This document shows positions 20,072 through 29,601 of a stretch of 64,000 nucleotides of DNA, one piece after another (the first letter of the stretch is position 1; each line of letters starts with the position of its first letter). The notes under the pieces were generated by a model. It saw nothing but the letters and a program-made list of their open reading frames with translations. It made no database searches and had not been told where the DNA came from. The position numbers and the translations under genes are program-made. Location of the stretch: positions 96,001 to 160,000 of the IMG/VR virus record IMGVR_UViG_3300009709_000001. The stretch is one strand, 5' to 3'. This DNA comes from a virus. Lineage: Duplodnaviria > Heunggongvirae > Uroviricota > Caudoviricetes.

Positions 20072-20608
20072 TCAGTGAACTAGACCAAGCAATTCTTCGC
20101 CCAGCTTGTGATTGCCTTCGGTCGCTGCCATAGCTTCCGGGGTACTCAAATTAGCAAAGGCCTTTTCGTGCCACACTTCATCCTTGAGGATCTTTGTAAA
20201 TGCTTCACGAATATCTGCTGGAGCATCTTCATCGGCAACAATTGCACGAATTCTTTCAAGACGCATACCTTCGGCATGTGCAGCAACGGCAGCACCAGTT
20301 TCAAGGCTGTCAATATCCGGAAGTGTCTTTGTCCAATATCTCTTTTCGGCATTATCAACTGCGTTGCCGATATCTAGTTTAATGCCTCTTGCCAACAGGA
20401 TGTCACCAATCCAGCCGGCATGTGTCATTTCTTGATCGGCAATAGTTTGAAGAATCTTCTTTGTCTTCTCATCGGTAGCATATTTTGCTGCAAAATCTTC
20501 GATACGATTTACCGCAGTAACTTCACCGCGCCATTGCTTCACGAGCCAATCTTCCATTTTTGCCGAATCGGCCTTAACTTCATTCCACCATTGTACGGAT
20601 GTTTTCAT
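20072..20608 (-). CDS. ferritin-like diiron protein
   Basis: E...QEMTH and E...DEVWH paired ExxH motifs. Confidence 0.8.
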   Translation of the reverse strand: MKTSVQWWNEVKADSAKMEDWLVKQWRGEVTAVNRIEDFAAKYATDEKTKKILQTIADQEMTHAGWIGDILLARGIKLDIGNAVDNAEKRYWTKTLPDIDSLETGAAVAAHAEGMRLERIRAIVADEDAPADIREAFTKILKDEVWHEKAFANLSTPEAMAATEGNHKLGEELLGLVH

Positions 20609-20763
20609 TATCCATTCCTCGCTTTTGGCACTGTCACTATTTTATAGGTGTTTCCTTCGAATGTAAACTGAGTGCCCTGTCTTAATTTCAGAGAAAGATC
20701 CCGATCGTAGAATGCTTGATTCAAAATTCTACGAACGAGATCTGATTTTAATGCTTTCATGTT

Positions 20764-20838
20764 TGGTCCGGCGTAAAGGAATCGAACCCTTGTTCACTCT
20801 TTAGAAGAGAGTTGTATTTTCCACTATACGAACGCCAG
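20764..20838 (-). tRNA. tRNA-Arg(TCT)
   Basis: ACTCT-CT-TCT-AA-AGAGT; CCA. Confidence 0.9.
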
Positions 20839-21034
20839 TTATATTATTCTTTATCCTTGCCCTGGTAGTGGACCATGGCTTGTGCTGGATACCCGGTTGA
20901 GATAACAAAAGCAATTCCGCCCTGTAAATGCTAGCCATCCTGTAAATTCTTATTTACTTTTTCTTTAAGATCGTCAAAATCAACTCCGACAACAACAGTG
21001 TAAAGTGTGGGTGTAATCATAATTTTAATGTATT

Positions 21035-21109
21035 TGGTAGGGGATGCCGGGTTCGAACCGACGACCTTCACAATGTCAATGTGATATTCTACCGCTGAAA
21101 TAATCCCCT
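21035..21109 (-). tRNA. tRNA-Val(GAC)
   Basis: TCACA-TT-GAC-AT-TGTGA; CCA. Confidence 0.92.
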
Positions 21110-21482
21110 AAATTCTTTTCTTGTTTCCCCAAGTCGGTGTCATTCTGTGGCAATTAGGACATAACAATCGTAAATTACTCGGTAAGTTATTCTTATTATT
21201 TCCGTCAATGTGGTCAATATCTAAAATAATGGGTTTATCAAACCATTTATCAATTCCACAGCATAGACATTTATAACCGTCTCGCTCAGATAGATACCGG
21301 ACTACAGCAGTTTTCGATGTATTCTGTCCAGATTCGATTTTTGGTTTGTTTATATGTTCCCATTGATAATCTTGGAAACACAACCCATTGCAAAATTTAT
21401 TCTTAGTCGTATATTTACATTCGACTTCGTTATTGCAATTTAAGCATCGAAATTTTGACTTGCCTTTATAACCACTCGGCAT
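21108..21482 (-). CDS. HNH endonuclease
   Basis: LDIDHIDGNNKNN...NLRLLCPNCH; stop codon overlaps the tRNA-Val 5' end. Confidence 0.9.
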   Translation of the reverse strand: MPSGYKGKSKFRCLNCNNEVECKYTTKNKFCNGLCFQDYQWEHINKPKIESGQNTSKTAVVRYLSERDGYKCLCCGIDKWFDKPIILDIDHIDGNNKNNLPSNLRLLCPNCHRMTPTWGNKKRI

Positions 21483-21712
21483 TAATTTATTCTTGTAACC
21501 TGGTGTCTGCCTTTGATACGATTATGAAAATATCTGCCCTTTGACGGGGCACGAGTCCATTGCTCGAAAGTAGTTCTGGTAATACCGGGAATCAAATACT
21601 TCCTACCATTATTTAATGTCATGGTAAGTTCTTTGTTCGGCCGATTATGCCTTAAATCGACAATCCATGTCGATTGAACTTTCTTTTCTATCAAAAACTC
21701 GCTGAGTCTCAT
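21482..21712 (-). CDS. KTSC-domain protein
   Basis: VQSTWI...L.....NG..Y...G......W..APSKGRYFH..IKG. Confidence 0.8.
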   Translation of the reverse strand: MRLSEFLIEKKVQSTWIVDLRHNRPNKELTMTLNNGRKYLIPGITRTTFEQWTRAPSKGRYFHNRIKGRHQVTRIN

Positions 21713-21762
21713 AACATACCCTTAGTATATTATTTATCTCAGAAAATGTCAAACTACCAAGC

Positions 21763-22227
21763 TTAGGATAATGTGCGTCGTATCCAACCCGGAAGAAGTG
21801 TCGGTCCTTTAACTTCGGCGGGTTTAACTTCAACAGGTTTAATCTCTTCAACGGGCTTAATCTCTTCAGGAATTGATTCTTTAACTTCTTCCTGTTCGAT
21901 AGGTATCTCGTTGGCTGCCGGTTCTTCCGTTCGTGGAAAAACATAATCGCCCTCACTGAACGATTTTAGCGACTCTTCCTTATTTGCTGTTTCATTGTAT
22001 ATAAATTCGTACAAATTTCGGGCTGCCTTAACAATTTCCTCATCTGTCGGATATGGAACAAATTCCGGATACGGCGCCTGACGGCGATGTTTTCTCCACA
22101 TCTCGTCATTTTCTGTAACCCATTTATTATGTGCCATAGCACGCTTGTTGATATAATCTTCGTTGAGCAATTCCCTTGATATTTTCAGCAACTCGAAACG
22201 TTGCTTAATCTTATCAATATCCTCCAT
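21763..22227 (-). CDS. hypothetical protein
   Basis: RFELLK..RELL, YPTDEEIV.AA..LY.F; (E)EIKP(V) repeats. Confidence 0.7.
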   Translation of the reverse strand: MEDIDKIKQRFELLKISRELLNEDYINKRAMAHNKWVTENDEMWRKHRRQAPYPEFVPYPTDEEIVKAARNLYEFIYNETANKEESLKSFSEGDYVFPRTEEPAANEIPIEQEEVKESIPEEIKPVEEIKPVEVKPAEVKGPTLLPGWIRRTLS

Positions 22228-22369
22228 ACATTACCTGTGGATAAAAATAGGGATACATCATTGGATAGATAATGTATTGAGTAGAACGACGAGCTAACAT
22301 TTGGTAGAGGAAAAAGTCACTACTTCTATTGCACCCACAATAGTCTCGATGATATCTATATTCGTACAT
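22214..22369 (-). CDS. small Tyr-rich peptide
   Basis: AGGAG SD; MYEYRYHRDYCGCNRSSDFFLYQMLARRSTQYIIYPMMYPYFYPQVMYGGY. Confidence 0.55.
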   Translation of the reverse strand: MYEYRYHRDYCGCNRSSDFFLYQMLARRSTQYIIYPMMYPYFYPQVMYGGY

Positions 22370-22418
22370 ATAATCTCCTAGGAAGAGGGTACTCCTCATG
22401 AGAGTACCCAATCCATAA

Positions 22419-23117
22419 TCAAACTACGTTATTTGTCGATGTGTTTCTTCCAGCATTTCCGGTCATAGTTCCGAAATTTACGGTGCCCTGAGTTGCTTGT
22501 TGAAATTGGCTGTGCAATGCATTGATCTGCGATGATAGCGATTCCGATTGTGAATTGCTATACTTGCCATGCCAATAACGTGAGTCACCACGATTCTCAA
22601 CAATTTCGGCATTACGCTCGATAAGAGCACGGTTGAGTTCATCCATTTTGAGACTGTTGATAAGTGCTCTTGTTGCATTTCCGTCGGAAACAATTTGCTG
22701 TCCAAGAAGGGCTTGCGCAAGTGCGGTTGCAGCGGCTTGTTTTTCACCTGCAAGGGCTACGGCGGCGGCTGTTTTTGCACCCTCCAATCCTGTTGCGGCT
22801 TGGCCTAATGCGCCTTGTGTATTGATAGAATTCAATACACTCGCAAATTGCATGTCGGTACTTGCCTTTAGAGCTGCGACTGCGGTTGCATTTTGAAACG
22901 AGTATTGTTGACCAGCAATGAAATATGCGGTGTCTTGAGCTACAACACGGTCGGCTTCGGTACCTGTACGATCCGAATTTGCCCATCCCGATGTCTTGAC
23001 TGCGTCAATAACATCTTTAGATTCGACCACATTTTCACGACGAATGTCCGATTGACCTTCGATGATAGATGTGACGTCGAGTTGGCCCGTTACGGTGCCT
23101 GTTACGATATCTGCCAT
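22419..23117 (-). CDS. Ala/Gln-rich coiled-coil protein
   Basis: AAGGA SD; DGNATRALINSLKMDELNR helix; flanked by hairpins. Confidence 0.75.
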   Translation of the reverse strand: MADIVTGTVTGQLDVTSIIEGQSDIRRENVVESKDVIDAVKTSGWANSDRTGTEADRVVAQDTAYFIAGQQYSFQNATAVAALKASTDMQFASVLNSINTQGALGQAATGLEGAKTAAAVALAGEKQAAATALAQALLGQQIVSDGNATRALINSLKMDELNRALIERNAEIVENRGDSRYWHGKYSNSQSESLSSQINALHSQFQQATQGTVNFGTMTGNAGRNTSTNNVV

Positions 23118-23142
23118 GATTTTAATTCCTTAAGTAATTTTC

Positions 23143-23176
23143 TAGCTGTAACTGAAATCATTTTCAGTTACAGCTA
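23143..23176. promoter_or_regulatory. perfect 15-bp inverted repeat between the LuxR-family gene and the next gene
   Basis: TAGCTGTAACTGAAA-TCAT-TTTCAGTTACAGCTA; no T-tract on the minus strand. Confidence 0.55.
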
Positions 23177-23183
23177 TTATTAC

Positions 23184-23924
23184 TTACAAGGTTGGCGGCG
23201 AATTAAACTTCAACAATTTCACTGGACATACGTCAGTACTAGTTATGATTTTTGGTTTTGAAAAAAGTACGAGTTGAGTTCGTGTTCTCACTCCATACTG
23301 TTTTAGGATTGCACTAACATGAGATTTGACAGTGCTTTCCGAAATCTTCATTAATAGCGCAATTTTCTTATTTGATAATCCACGATCACAAATAAAATTG
23401 AAGACTTCAGTTTGACGACCAGTTAACTGAATACCCAGTTGAACTGGAAGAGTCGAATTTTTAAACCGTTGCAATACATCGGCCGGCCAATGAGTTTGAT
23501 GATTAAGTATTTCTCTAATCGACAATAAAGTACAATCGGGTCCGAAACCTTTAGGAGTCGGAATAATTCCCATGATATCATTTTCATTGCGAATATCTTT
23601 GATAAACGATAAGTCGCACGTTCCATTTAATACAACGCCAATACATAACGGTGCATTTACTGAAAATCGATACAATGTTGAAATCATACCGACAGCCTCA
23701 GTTATGGTAAATTTCTGAGATTTTAAAGAATTGGAATCAATGATAATTGATGTCGGTAGATTTGATAATGACGAAAGGACACTTAACCGGGTCATTAAAC
23801 CTTGCCAGGAATCACAATTATCAATCGAACACGAAGTTTCTCGCTGAATGCGTTCAATAAAGTCATCTGAAATATTATCTTTCTCCATTCTGAGATAGAT
23901 AATGGATCTTGGTGTTTGGGACAT
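23184..23924 (-). CDS. LuxR/NarL-family transcriptional regulator with a degenerate receiver-like N-domain
   Basis: LTGRQTEVF....GLSNKKIA..M.ISESTVKSHVSAILK..GVRTRTQL HTH. Confidence 0.88.
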   Translation of the reverse strand: MSQTPRSIIYLRMEKDNISDDFIERIQRETSCSIDNCDSWQGLMTRLSVLSSLSNLPTSIIIDSNSLKSQKFTITEAVGMISTLYRFSVNAPLCIGVVLNGTCDLSFIKDIRNENDIMGIIPTPKGFGPDCTLLSIREILNHQTHWPADVLQRFKNSTLPVQLGIQLTGRQTEVFNFICDRGLSNKKIALLMKISESTVKSHVSAILKQYGVRTRTQLVLFSKPKIITSTDVCPVKLLKFNSPPTL

Positions 23925-24056
23925 ATGCCTCCCTGAAGTAATTCCATTATTTTACACGGTATAAAATACTTAGTCTGTGCGCTGCCGTACATAGCCAAAC
24001 AAAAGTTTATTAATACTTCAGTAGGCCATTAGAAAGCCGCCTCATGGGCGGCTTTA

Positions 24057-24491
24057 TTATTGCTTTCTGGTCCAGATATACTTCTTCTGCGACCCATCTA
24101 CATTCGGTGAACCATATACCCACCCAGGTCCAAGAAGAGAATTCATCTTTGGAACCATCCTGTTATACAATTTCATCCTAGAAGGTTCAGCTTTTTCGGC
24201 ACCGAAGGCAATAGTTCGATCCGATGACTGAATATAACCCTTTAGGTATTTCTGAAGAATTGCTTCGACAGTTGAGAATATCTGAAAAGCATTTCCTGTA
24301 CCGGTTTTCTGATATGCACCATGAACGGTAAATTCGATAATTACCTCATTCATTTTGGTGCCAGTACGAACAAGATAGACACTCAGGCCGATGCTCGGGG
24401 ACAGTATCTCCCAAACTTCGTTATTGCCGTCGACTAAGTCAAATGGAGCAACGTTATTGCCCGTCTCCATCAGGAATTCTTGTAGTTTCAT
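24057..24491 (-). CDS. hypothetical protein
   Basis: TGTGNAFQIFSTV, F.A....SR.KLY.RM motifs; hairpin terminator downstream (24033-24054). Confidence 0.65.
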   Translation of the reverse strand: MKLQEFLMETGNNVAPFDLVDGNNEVWEILSPSIGLSVYLVRTGTKMNEVIIEFTVHGAYQKTGTGNAFQIFSTVEAILQKYLKGYIQSSDRTIAFGAEKAEPSRMKLYNRMVPKMNSLLGPGWVYGSPNVDGSQKKYIWTRKQ

Positions 24492-24954
24492 GCCTTACAT
24501 ACTCGACGAACCTAAATTTGTAGTTTTCGTCTTCTCCTTCAATGACACTATTTATCTTCCAATGTGTCATATCAATGACAGGAAAATGAGTGTCGGCTTC
24601 AAAGTCTGCATCGACATGAGTAATTACAAGCTTGTCGGCACGATTAATTGTTTGGCGATATAGCAATTCGCCACCAATTACAACTAACTCGGGATAACAA
24701 TACTCAATCGACAGTGCAGAATCCACATCTTTTGCGTGAACTGCCACACCGCCGATATCCCCGGTGCTAACAATGACATTCTTTCTTCCCGGCAATGTTC
24801 TACCGATACTCTGGAATGTCTTCCTTCCCATAATAACAACCTTCCCGGTTGTATATTCCTTGAAGTGCTTCATGTCCGCCGGAATGTTCCAGAGGAGCTT
24901 GTTTTTCAGTCCTAACTCATTGTTACGACCGATTGCTGCAATCAGTGTGATCAC
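24454..24954 (-). CDS. folA: dihydrofolate reductase
   Basis: LIAAIG.N..LG....LLW..PADM.HFK..T, IMGRKTF.SIG..LPGRKN, IGG, ADTHFP. Confidence 0.95.
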   Translation of the reverse strand: MITLIAAIGRNNELGLKNKLLWNIPADMKHFKEYTTGKVVIMGRKTFQSIGRTLPGRKNVIVSTGDIGGVAVHAKDVDSALSIEYCYPELVVIGGELLYRQTINRADKLVITHVDADFEADTHFPVIDMTHWKINSVIEGEDENYKFRFVEYVRHETTRIPDGDGQ

Positions 24955-25250
24955 TCTAATTTTTCAACCTGGCCCTTCAATTCCTTGACTTGTGATCCAA
25001 GATTGTCCCAGGCGTCCTTTAGATCGCCTACTTTTTGCTGCATCATCACAGAAATTGCAACCGTGGCAGCGAGCGGCGTTTTACCCTCACGGACTGCATC
25101 GACTTCCATTTGCAGGAGACGGAGCTTATTTCTTTGATCAACGGGAGCCTTGAGAATTTCAGCGTTGATCAAATCTCTACGCTTACGTTCGAAGTCCTCG
25201 GGGCTTGTTTTTGCAAGCTTTGCCCAATCGTCAAAAGAAAAATCGCTCAT
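24951..25250 (-). CDS. DUF3135-like protein
   Basis: SFDDWAKLA...PE.FE..R..LI...I..AP......LR.LQ..VD..R. Confidence 0.7.
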   Translation of the reverse strand: MSDFSFDDWAKLAKTSPEDFERKRRDLINAEILKAPVDQRNKLRLLQMEVDAVREGKTPLAATVAISVMMQQKVGDLKDAWDNLGSQVKELKGQVEKLE

Positions 25251-25297
25251 GATTGCTCCTTAGTTGCAATCATTATAAGCGATTTCATGTGGTTTGT

Positions 25298-25657
25298 CTA
25301 TTGGTTAATGCCACGAAGTTTCTTTATTATTTCCGCAGCATCGATTTCTTCGGAAACACCCTTTTTTCTACCATCTATGATAATCTTCATACACTGAGAT
25401 ATAGTCTCGATGTCATAATCATCAAATTCTAATTCATTTTTATCGATAAGTTCATCAATCTCTTTATCGGTAAAACCATCGTCTTCAAGCATAGCACGAA
25501 GTTCTACATTCGAATCTTCGTGCTGTTCCTCAAAGAATGTAGTTATCAAGTCTATCAGACTGTCTCGGCATCCGCATGCAACATCGTGTTCACAGCGGAA
25601 TCCCTTAGATGCCTCTCTTACTTGTGGATGATAATAAATGTCATCTAATCTATACAT
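25298..25657 (-). CDS. acidic hypothetical protein
   Basis: 119-aa ORF directly after tRNA-Ser; ends in TAG. Confidence 0.6.
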   Translation of the reverse strand: MYRLDDIYYHPQVREASKGFRCEHDVACGCRDSLIDLITTFFEEQHEDSNVELRAMLEDDGFTDKEIDELIDKNELEFDDYDIETISQCMKIIIDGRKKGVSEEIDAAEIIKKLRGINQ

Positions 25658-25661
25658 AATC

Positions 25662-25748
25662 TGGAGGAAGATAACAGAATCGAACTGTCACCGCGTTAGC
25701 AATGGGACGGTTTTCAAGACCGTGTCCCCACCATGGAGCCTATCTTCC
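25662..25748 (-). tRNA. tRNA-Ser(TGA), 8/4-fold compatible
   Basis: ACGGT-CT-TGA-AA-ACCGT; GGAAGATA/TATCTTCC 8 bp; ACAG/CTGT T-stem; long V-arm; U73-CCA. Confidence 0.85.
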
Positions 25749-26386
25749 GAGTATAATTTGATATAATCCTTGCCATATTTATCAATGACATATCTGATTA
25801 TATCTTTTAAATCACTTTCATATAAAACTCGAACATCCGGATTAGCATTGAGTTTAGCCATCCATTGATCGGTTTTATATCCTTTAATTTCTGTTACCTG
25901 GCCGTCGACAATAAAATCCGGAATGTAAGTTCTAATCTTGCCATTGAATTCATACTTCCTTTTTTCAATATTACGGACAATATTCTTACCGTGCTCTAAA
26001 CAATAGATCAAATATGCGAGTTCCCAACTGCTATCGCAGAAGAATCCCTTATACCAACCTTTTTTGCCCCTTCCAGAGCCCTGCCGTAGACCACCGTTAT
26101 TTAGACGAGCTTTTTCGGTTATCTTTCTTTTACGCTCTAATTCGGCTTCGGGTGTTGAAGCAGTCCCGGTTGCAATAACTCGCAACTTCTCTTTTGTTTC
26201 ATCAGATCTTTTACACCTAATATCACCTTTTAATCCCTTATTCCACGGAGGAATACCCTTCTGGCGATGGGCATATGGTGATTTATCTCGTTGTATTCTT
26301 TCTGGATTATCTTTACAGTAAGGCTGATGACAAGCTAATGCACCCGGATTACCGAAAGTTCGTGGACAGTGTTTGCATGGTAACAT
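25688..26386 (-). CDS. putative homing endonuclease (C2H2-like finger, NUMOD-like linker, PD-(D/E)XK domain)
   Basis: CKHC..H...C; PWNKGL; CDSSWELAY, YIPDF, EIKGY; 3' end overlaps tRNA-Ser. Confidence 0.78.
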   Translation of the reverse strand: MLPCKHCPRTFGNPGALACHQPYCKDNPERIQRDKSPYAHRQKGIPPWNKGLKGDIRCKRSDETKEKLRVIATGTASTPEAELERKRKITEKARLNNGGLRQGSGRGKKGWYKGFFCDSSWELAYLIYCLEHGKNIVRNIEKRKYEFNGKIRTYIPDFIVDGQVTEIKGYKTDQWMAKLNANPDVRVLYESDLKDIIRYVIDKYGKDYIKLYSEDRLHGGDTVLKTVPLLTR

Positions 26387-26602
26387 GCAATATTTACCAC
26401 AATCAAGACTGGTGCGTTTACCGTCTTGATTACAGCATCATCATGCAAATGCATACCAATGCTGAAATTTTCATTATTACTATTCCCACAATTATATCTT
26501 CGGTTGGAAACATGCGTGGGTTATTCCAATCGTGTACTGTACCGAGATAAGTCAGGTACATTCCGTACAAAAACGACACGAAGAAGACAATCATGATAAT
26601 GA

Positions 26603-26706
26603 TGGTAGGAGGGGTGGGAATCGAACCCACGTTACTACAGCCTTATCTAGACTGTGCTCTACGAGTTTATAAGGCTCGCCCTACGGCCAACATTAGCAAC
26701 CCTTCC
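26603..26706 (-). tRNA. tRNA-Ile(TAT) with a ~31-nt extra arm
   Basis: loop CT-TAT-AA; extra arm ACAGTC-TAGATAA-GGCTGT; GTGGG-TTCGATT-CCCAC; A73-CCA. Confidence 0.75.
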
Positions 26707-26896
26707 AAAATTTAGGAAGGTATTCGTATGTTACGAATTGTTGCCTTTTGTTGTGACATAGTCTTTATTTATCTTCTGGTTTCTTGAACGCAGCTACAGC
26801 CTTATCCCATAGCATTAACCAAAATTTCGAAAATGCTGCACCGATTGCGATGCCGAGTAATAGATCAAACATAATAACCTCCTTAGATGGTTATTA

Positions 26897-27172
26897 TTAT
26901 TTACCTTTGGCAGCAGTCTTCGCAGCGGTGATTTCTGATTTAAAAGTTTCTCGATCTCGATTGAGCAAGGTAATCAATTGTTCACTATTCAAAAGAGTGA
27001 ATCTTTCTTCAGTGAATTCTTCAAGTGGTCTTGCCCAAGTATGTTCTTCAAATGGATAGACATGATCATAAATGACAAGTCTTTCCTTTGTTGAGGTATG
27101 TGTTGCAACACCGGTTACGAAGTAAACTCCGCCATAGCGATGTTGGTAATGCTGATCAATTATTGGTTTCAT
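26897..27172 (-). CDS. DUF1653-like protein
   Basis: YQHRYGGVY.V.GVATHT.T.E.LVIY......WARP..EF. Confidence 0.8.
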   Translation of the reverse strand: MKPIIDQHYQHRYGGVYFVTGVATHTSTKERLVIYDHVYPFEEHTWARPLEEFTEERFTLLNSEQLITLLNRDRETFKSEITAAKTAAKGK

Positions 27173-27283
27173 CTTTTACCTAAGTATCGATGAATTCTCA
27201 TGATACTTGCATAGGCTGTTCTACGGCGACGATTTTTTGATGTCGGTTTGTAAACTCGCCAAAATTTGAAGGTCTTCATTATG

Positions 27284-27357
27284 TGGAGCGGGTATCCGGA
27301 CTCGAACCGGATTCACTAGCTTGGAAGGCTAGAGCACAACCTATATACCATACCCGC
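27284..27357 (-). tRNA. tRNA-Gly(TCC)
   Basis: CTAGC-CT-TCC-AA-GCTAG; U73-CCA. Confidence 0.93.
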
Positions 27358-27759
27358 TCAAATTGTTATTTCGTATTCAGAAAAATATCTACTATTGACA
27401 TTACCTGTTGAATTATTCATTCGCAATGTAAATGTTCCGATATTTGTTGTAATTAATTCGTTAATATCGATTAATGCAAGACGTTTACTTGTTTCTTCAA
27501 AAACTGCAAAACAATCGATTGATCCATCTGTATAATCAGCATGATTATTCTTGTTATATTTGGACGGATTTAACTTAATCTCAACAATATCATTTACCGC
27601 TGTTCGATATTTTACTTGAACTCTGAGAACACGATTATCCTTTTCAAGAAAGAAATCATAAGGTGCTCTTTCGGGTGTTTTTGCACAAATCCATCCCTTT
27701 ACAGAACAGACGTATGCAAAATACGATTCACCGATGTCACCCTTGTTTTTCGTGTTCAT
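27358..27759 (-). CDS. PD-(D/E)XK endonuclease, I-Ssp6803I-like
   Basis: TKNKGDIGE, PYDF, RVQVK, Y....ID.FAV; stop codon abuts tRNA-Gly. Confidence 0.85.
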   Translation of the reverse strand: MNTKNKGDIGESYFAYVCSVKGWICAKTPERAPYDFFLEKDNRVLRVQVKYRTAVNDIVEIKLNPSKYNKNNHADYTDGSIDCFAVFEETSKRLALIDINELITTNIGTFTLRMNNSTGNVNSRYFSEYEITI

Positions 27760-27873
27760 TTATAAGATGTGATCCATGCCTGGATTCCAAGATCCCATAT
27801 CATGGAAGGCAGAGGGATTATCACACATTCTGTGGTGGGAACTTTCAGGTTGTTTTCCACCAAAGAGCAAACT

Positions 27874-28131
27874 TTATCGTGTCGACTCTACGTCGGCTCC
27901 TCGCAAATATGCGGCCTGGGCTTGTTCGGTGCCAATTTCTTCACCTTGGGTATGAAGGAACTCACCGAGTCGAGATACCTGGTCTGCAGACAAGAACAAA
28001 TCACTAATGTGGTCTTTGTCTGTGCCCGAGATGCGACTCATACGCACCATAACTTGTTCGGTATGCGGGTCACTTTCACGGACCTCAAATTCCAAATCAA
28101 AAGTACCTTGTCGCAGAACGAGTTTTGCCAT
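27874..28131 (-). CDS. hypothetical protein
   Basis: 85-aa ORF on the coding strand. Confidence 0.6.
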   Translation of the reverse strand: MAKLVLRQGTFDLEFEVRESDPHTEQVMVRMSRISGTDKDHISDLFLSADQVSRLGEFLHTQGEEIGTEQAQAAYLRGADVESTR

Positions 28132-28134
28132 ATA

Positions 28135-28533
28135 TCATTTCTTTCTATGTTTTCTTCCATTACCTTTGTTCTTTGCCTTGTAAGTCGGAGTTTGACTATG
28201 GCAATTTGGACATAGACAACAGAGGTTATCTTCTTTATCATTGGAACTATTACCATCAATATGTTCTAGTTCCAAAACAATTGGCTCATTCTGCCAACTG
28301 TCAATATTACATTTTAAACATTTTCCACCTTGTTTGTCAAGAATATATTTCTTAATCCAAGGTGCTGTGCCAGATGATGTACTTCTTCCGGTAATTCCCG
28401 TTCTTTTCCATTCAAGAATTCTCTGCTCATTCGCAAATGCCTGCTGGCATTTAGTCGAACAATATTTATTCTTCTTTCTATTATCAGATTCGCATTCGAC
28501 CTGACAATGTAAACAATGGTAAAATCCGGGCAT
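28135..28533 (-). CDS. HNH endonuclease
   Basis: LELEHIDGNSSN....NL..LCPNCHSQTPT; ATG 3 nt after the tRNA-Thr CCA. Confidence 0.9.
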   Translation of the reverse strand: MPGFYHCLHCQVECESDNRKKNKYCSTKCQQAFANEQRILEWKRTGITGRSTSSGTAPWIKKYILDKQGGKCLKCNIDSWQNEPIVLELEHIDGNSSNDKEDNLCCLCPNCHSQTPTYKAKNKGNGRKHRKK

Positions 28534-28536
28534 ATT

Positions 28537-28610
28537 TGGTGCCCCATGACGGAATCGAACCGCCAACTAATCATTACAAGTGACTTGTTATGCCGTTTAA
28601 CTAATGGGGC
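28537..28610 (-). tRNA. tRNA-Thr(TGT)
   Basis: AGTCA-CT-TGT-AA-TGATT; CCA; TTGACC-17-TACAAT upstream. Confidence 0.92.
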
Positions 28611-28668
28611 TTTTCTTAACTGTTTATTTATGCCACAATTGTAGCAATATTCCAAAAATTGGTCAATA

Positions 28669-29469
28669 TTACCAGCTGCAAGAATTGCGTTTTTGTTGAA
28701 CTACACTTCTTGTTTTTGATGGCCAAGTTTTGTCCGAATATCTAGCATTCGGTGGCATCGGGAATTGAATCTGGGTATGTTGTTGAACTTGACCTAATTC
28801 AACAATAAATTGATCAAGGCTTCCCTTAGCTGGTCGATGTTTAAATTCATACACCAAAACATCTCTTGTAATCACATCAATCAAAATCTTATAGAAACCC
28901 GATGGAATAATTACTCGATTTGGGCCAATTGTCGGATCATCATATCTGTAAATCAGACCTGCATAAACAAGGATAGGATGATTTCTGGCATTAGCTAATG
29001 CTCTGGTCTGATCTTCAAGTCTCTTCCAAATTCCACGATTAAAACCGGGAAGCTGTGGAGTCATGTTGCTCAGGATGAAGCTTTCAGTCTCAATAACTGT
29101 ATCCCAGGACATATCAGCATTATTGGCAATATGGCCAGTATCGTACCCCGAATCGTTATAGTCCCGAAGTGTTGATCTTGCATCGGGGCGCAAGCTCAAA
29201 TCAGGTGAAAAAGCGTTGGATCGTTTGACGCAGCCCGTAGTGTGCTCAGGCGTCAACATATAAGAGACCCAGACGGGAATTTTAGCTTTATTGTCGTATT
29301 CCAGTGCATAAGCCTTGCGGCAAATCTGCACGCTGTCATCTTTGCGCACTTGCGGAATACCATAAGGCATCTGCTGTTCACATTGCTGTATCGGCATTGG
29401 TGGATCCTGCGGTACAGCAAAGGCCGATATCGTTGTTACTAAGGCAAGAAGTGCGAAGATCTTTTTCAT
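28669..29469 (-). CDS. secreted DNA/RNA non-specific endonuclease (NucA/EndoG family)
   Basis: signal peptide; YDTGH catalytic motif, ESFILSNMTPQ...FNRGIW..LE. Confidence 0.92.
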   Translation of the reverse strand: MKKIFALLALVTTISAFAVPQDPPMPIQQCEQQMPYGIPQVRKDDSVQICRKAYALEYDNKAKIPVWVSYMLTPEHTTGCVKRSNAFSPDLSLRPDARSTLRDYNDSGYDTGHIANNADMSWDTVIETESFILSNMTPQLPGFNRGIWKRLEDQTRALANARNHPILVYAGLIYRYDDPTIGPNRVIIPSGFYKILIDVITRDVLVYEFKHRPAKGSLDQFIVELGQVQQHTQIQFPMPPNARYSDKTWPSKTRSVVQQKRNSCSW

Positions 29470-29517
29470 GTGGTCCTTAATGAAAAAGCCCCAATGATAA
29501 TATCACCGGGGCAAAAC

Positions 29518-29591
29518 TGGAGCGGGTAACGAGAATCGAACTCGTGCATAAACTTTGGCAAAGTTTTAGGCTACCATTACATCATACCCGC
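29518..29591 (-). tRNA. tRNA-Gly(GCC)
   Basis: AAACT-TT-GCC-AA-AGTTT; U73-CCA. Confidence 0.92.
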
Positions 29592-29601
29592 ATACATCTA
29601 T

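Noticed and set aside
25662-25748. Selenocysteine tRNA (starts GGAAGAT like selC and has an 8-bp acceptor)
   Set aside because: The anticodon is TGA (Ser), not TCA; the T-stem is 4 bp; no sel genes are present in the window.
27284-27759. Group I intron in tRNA-Gly carrying the I-Ssp6803I-like endonuclease
   Set aside because: The tRNA is complete and the ORF lies outside it; no intron core is visible.
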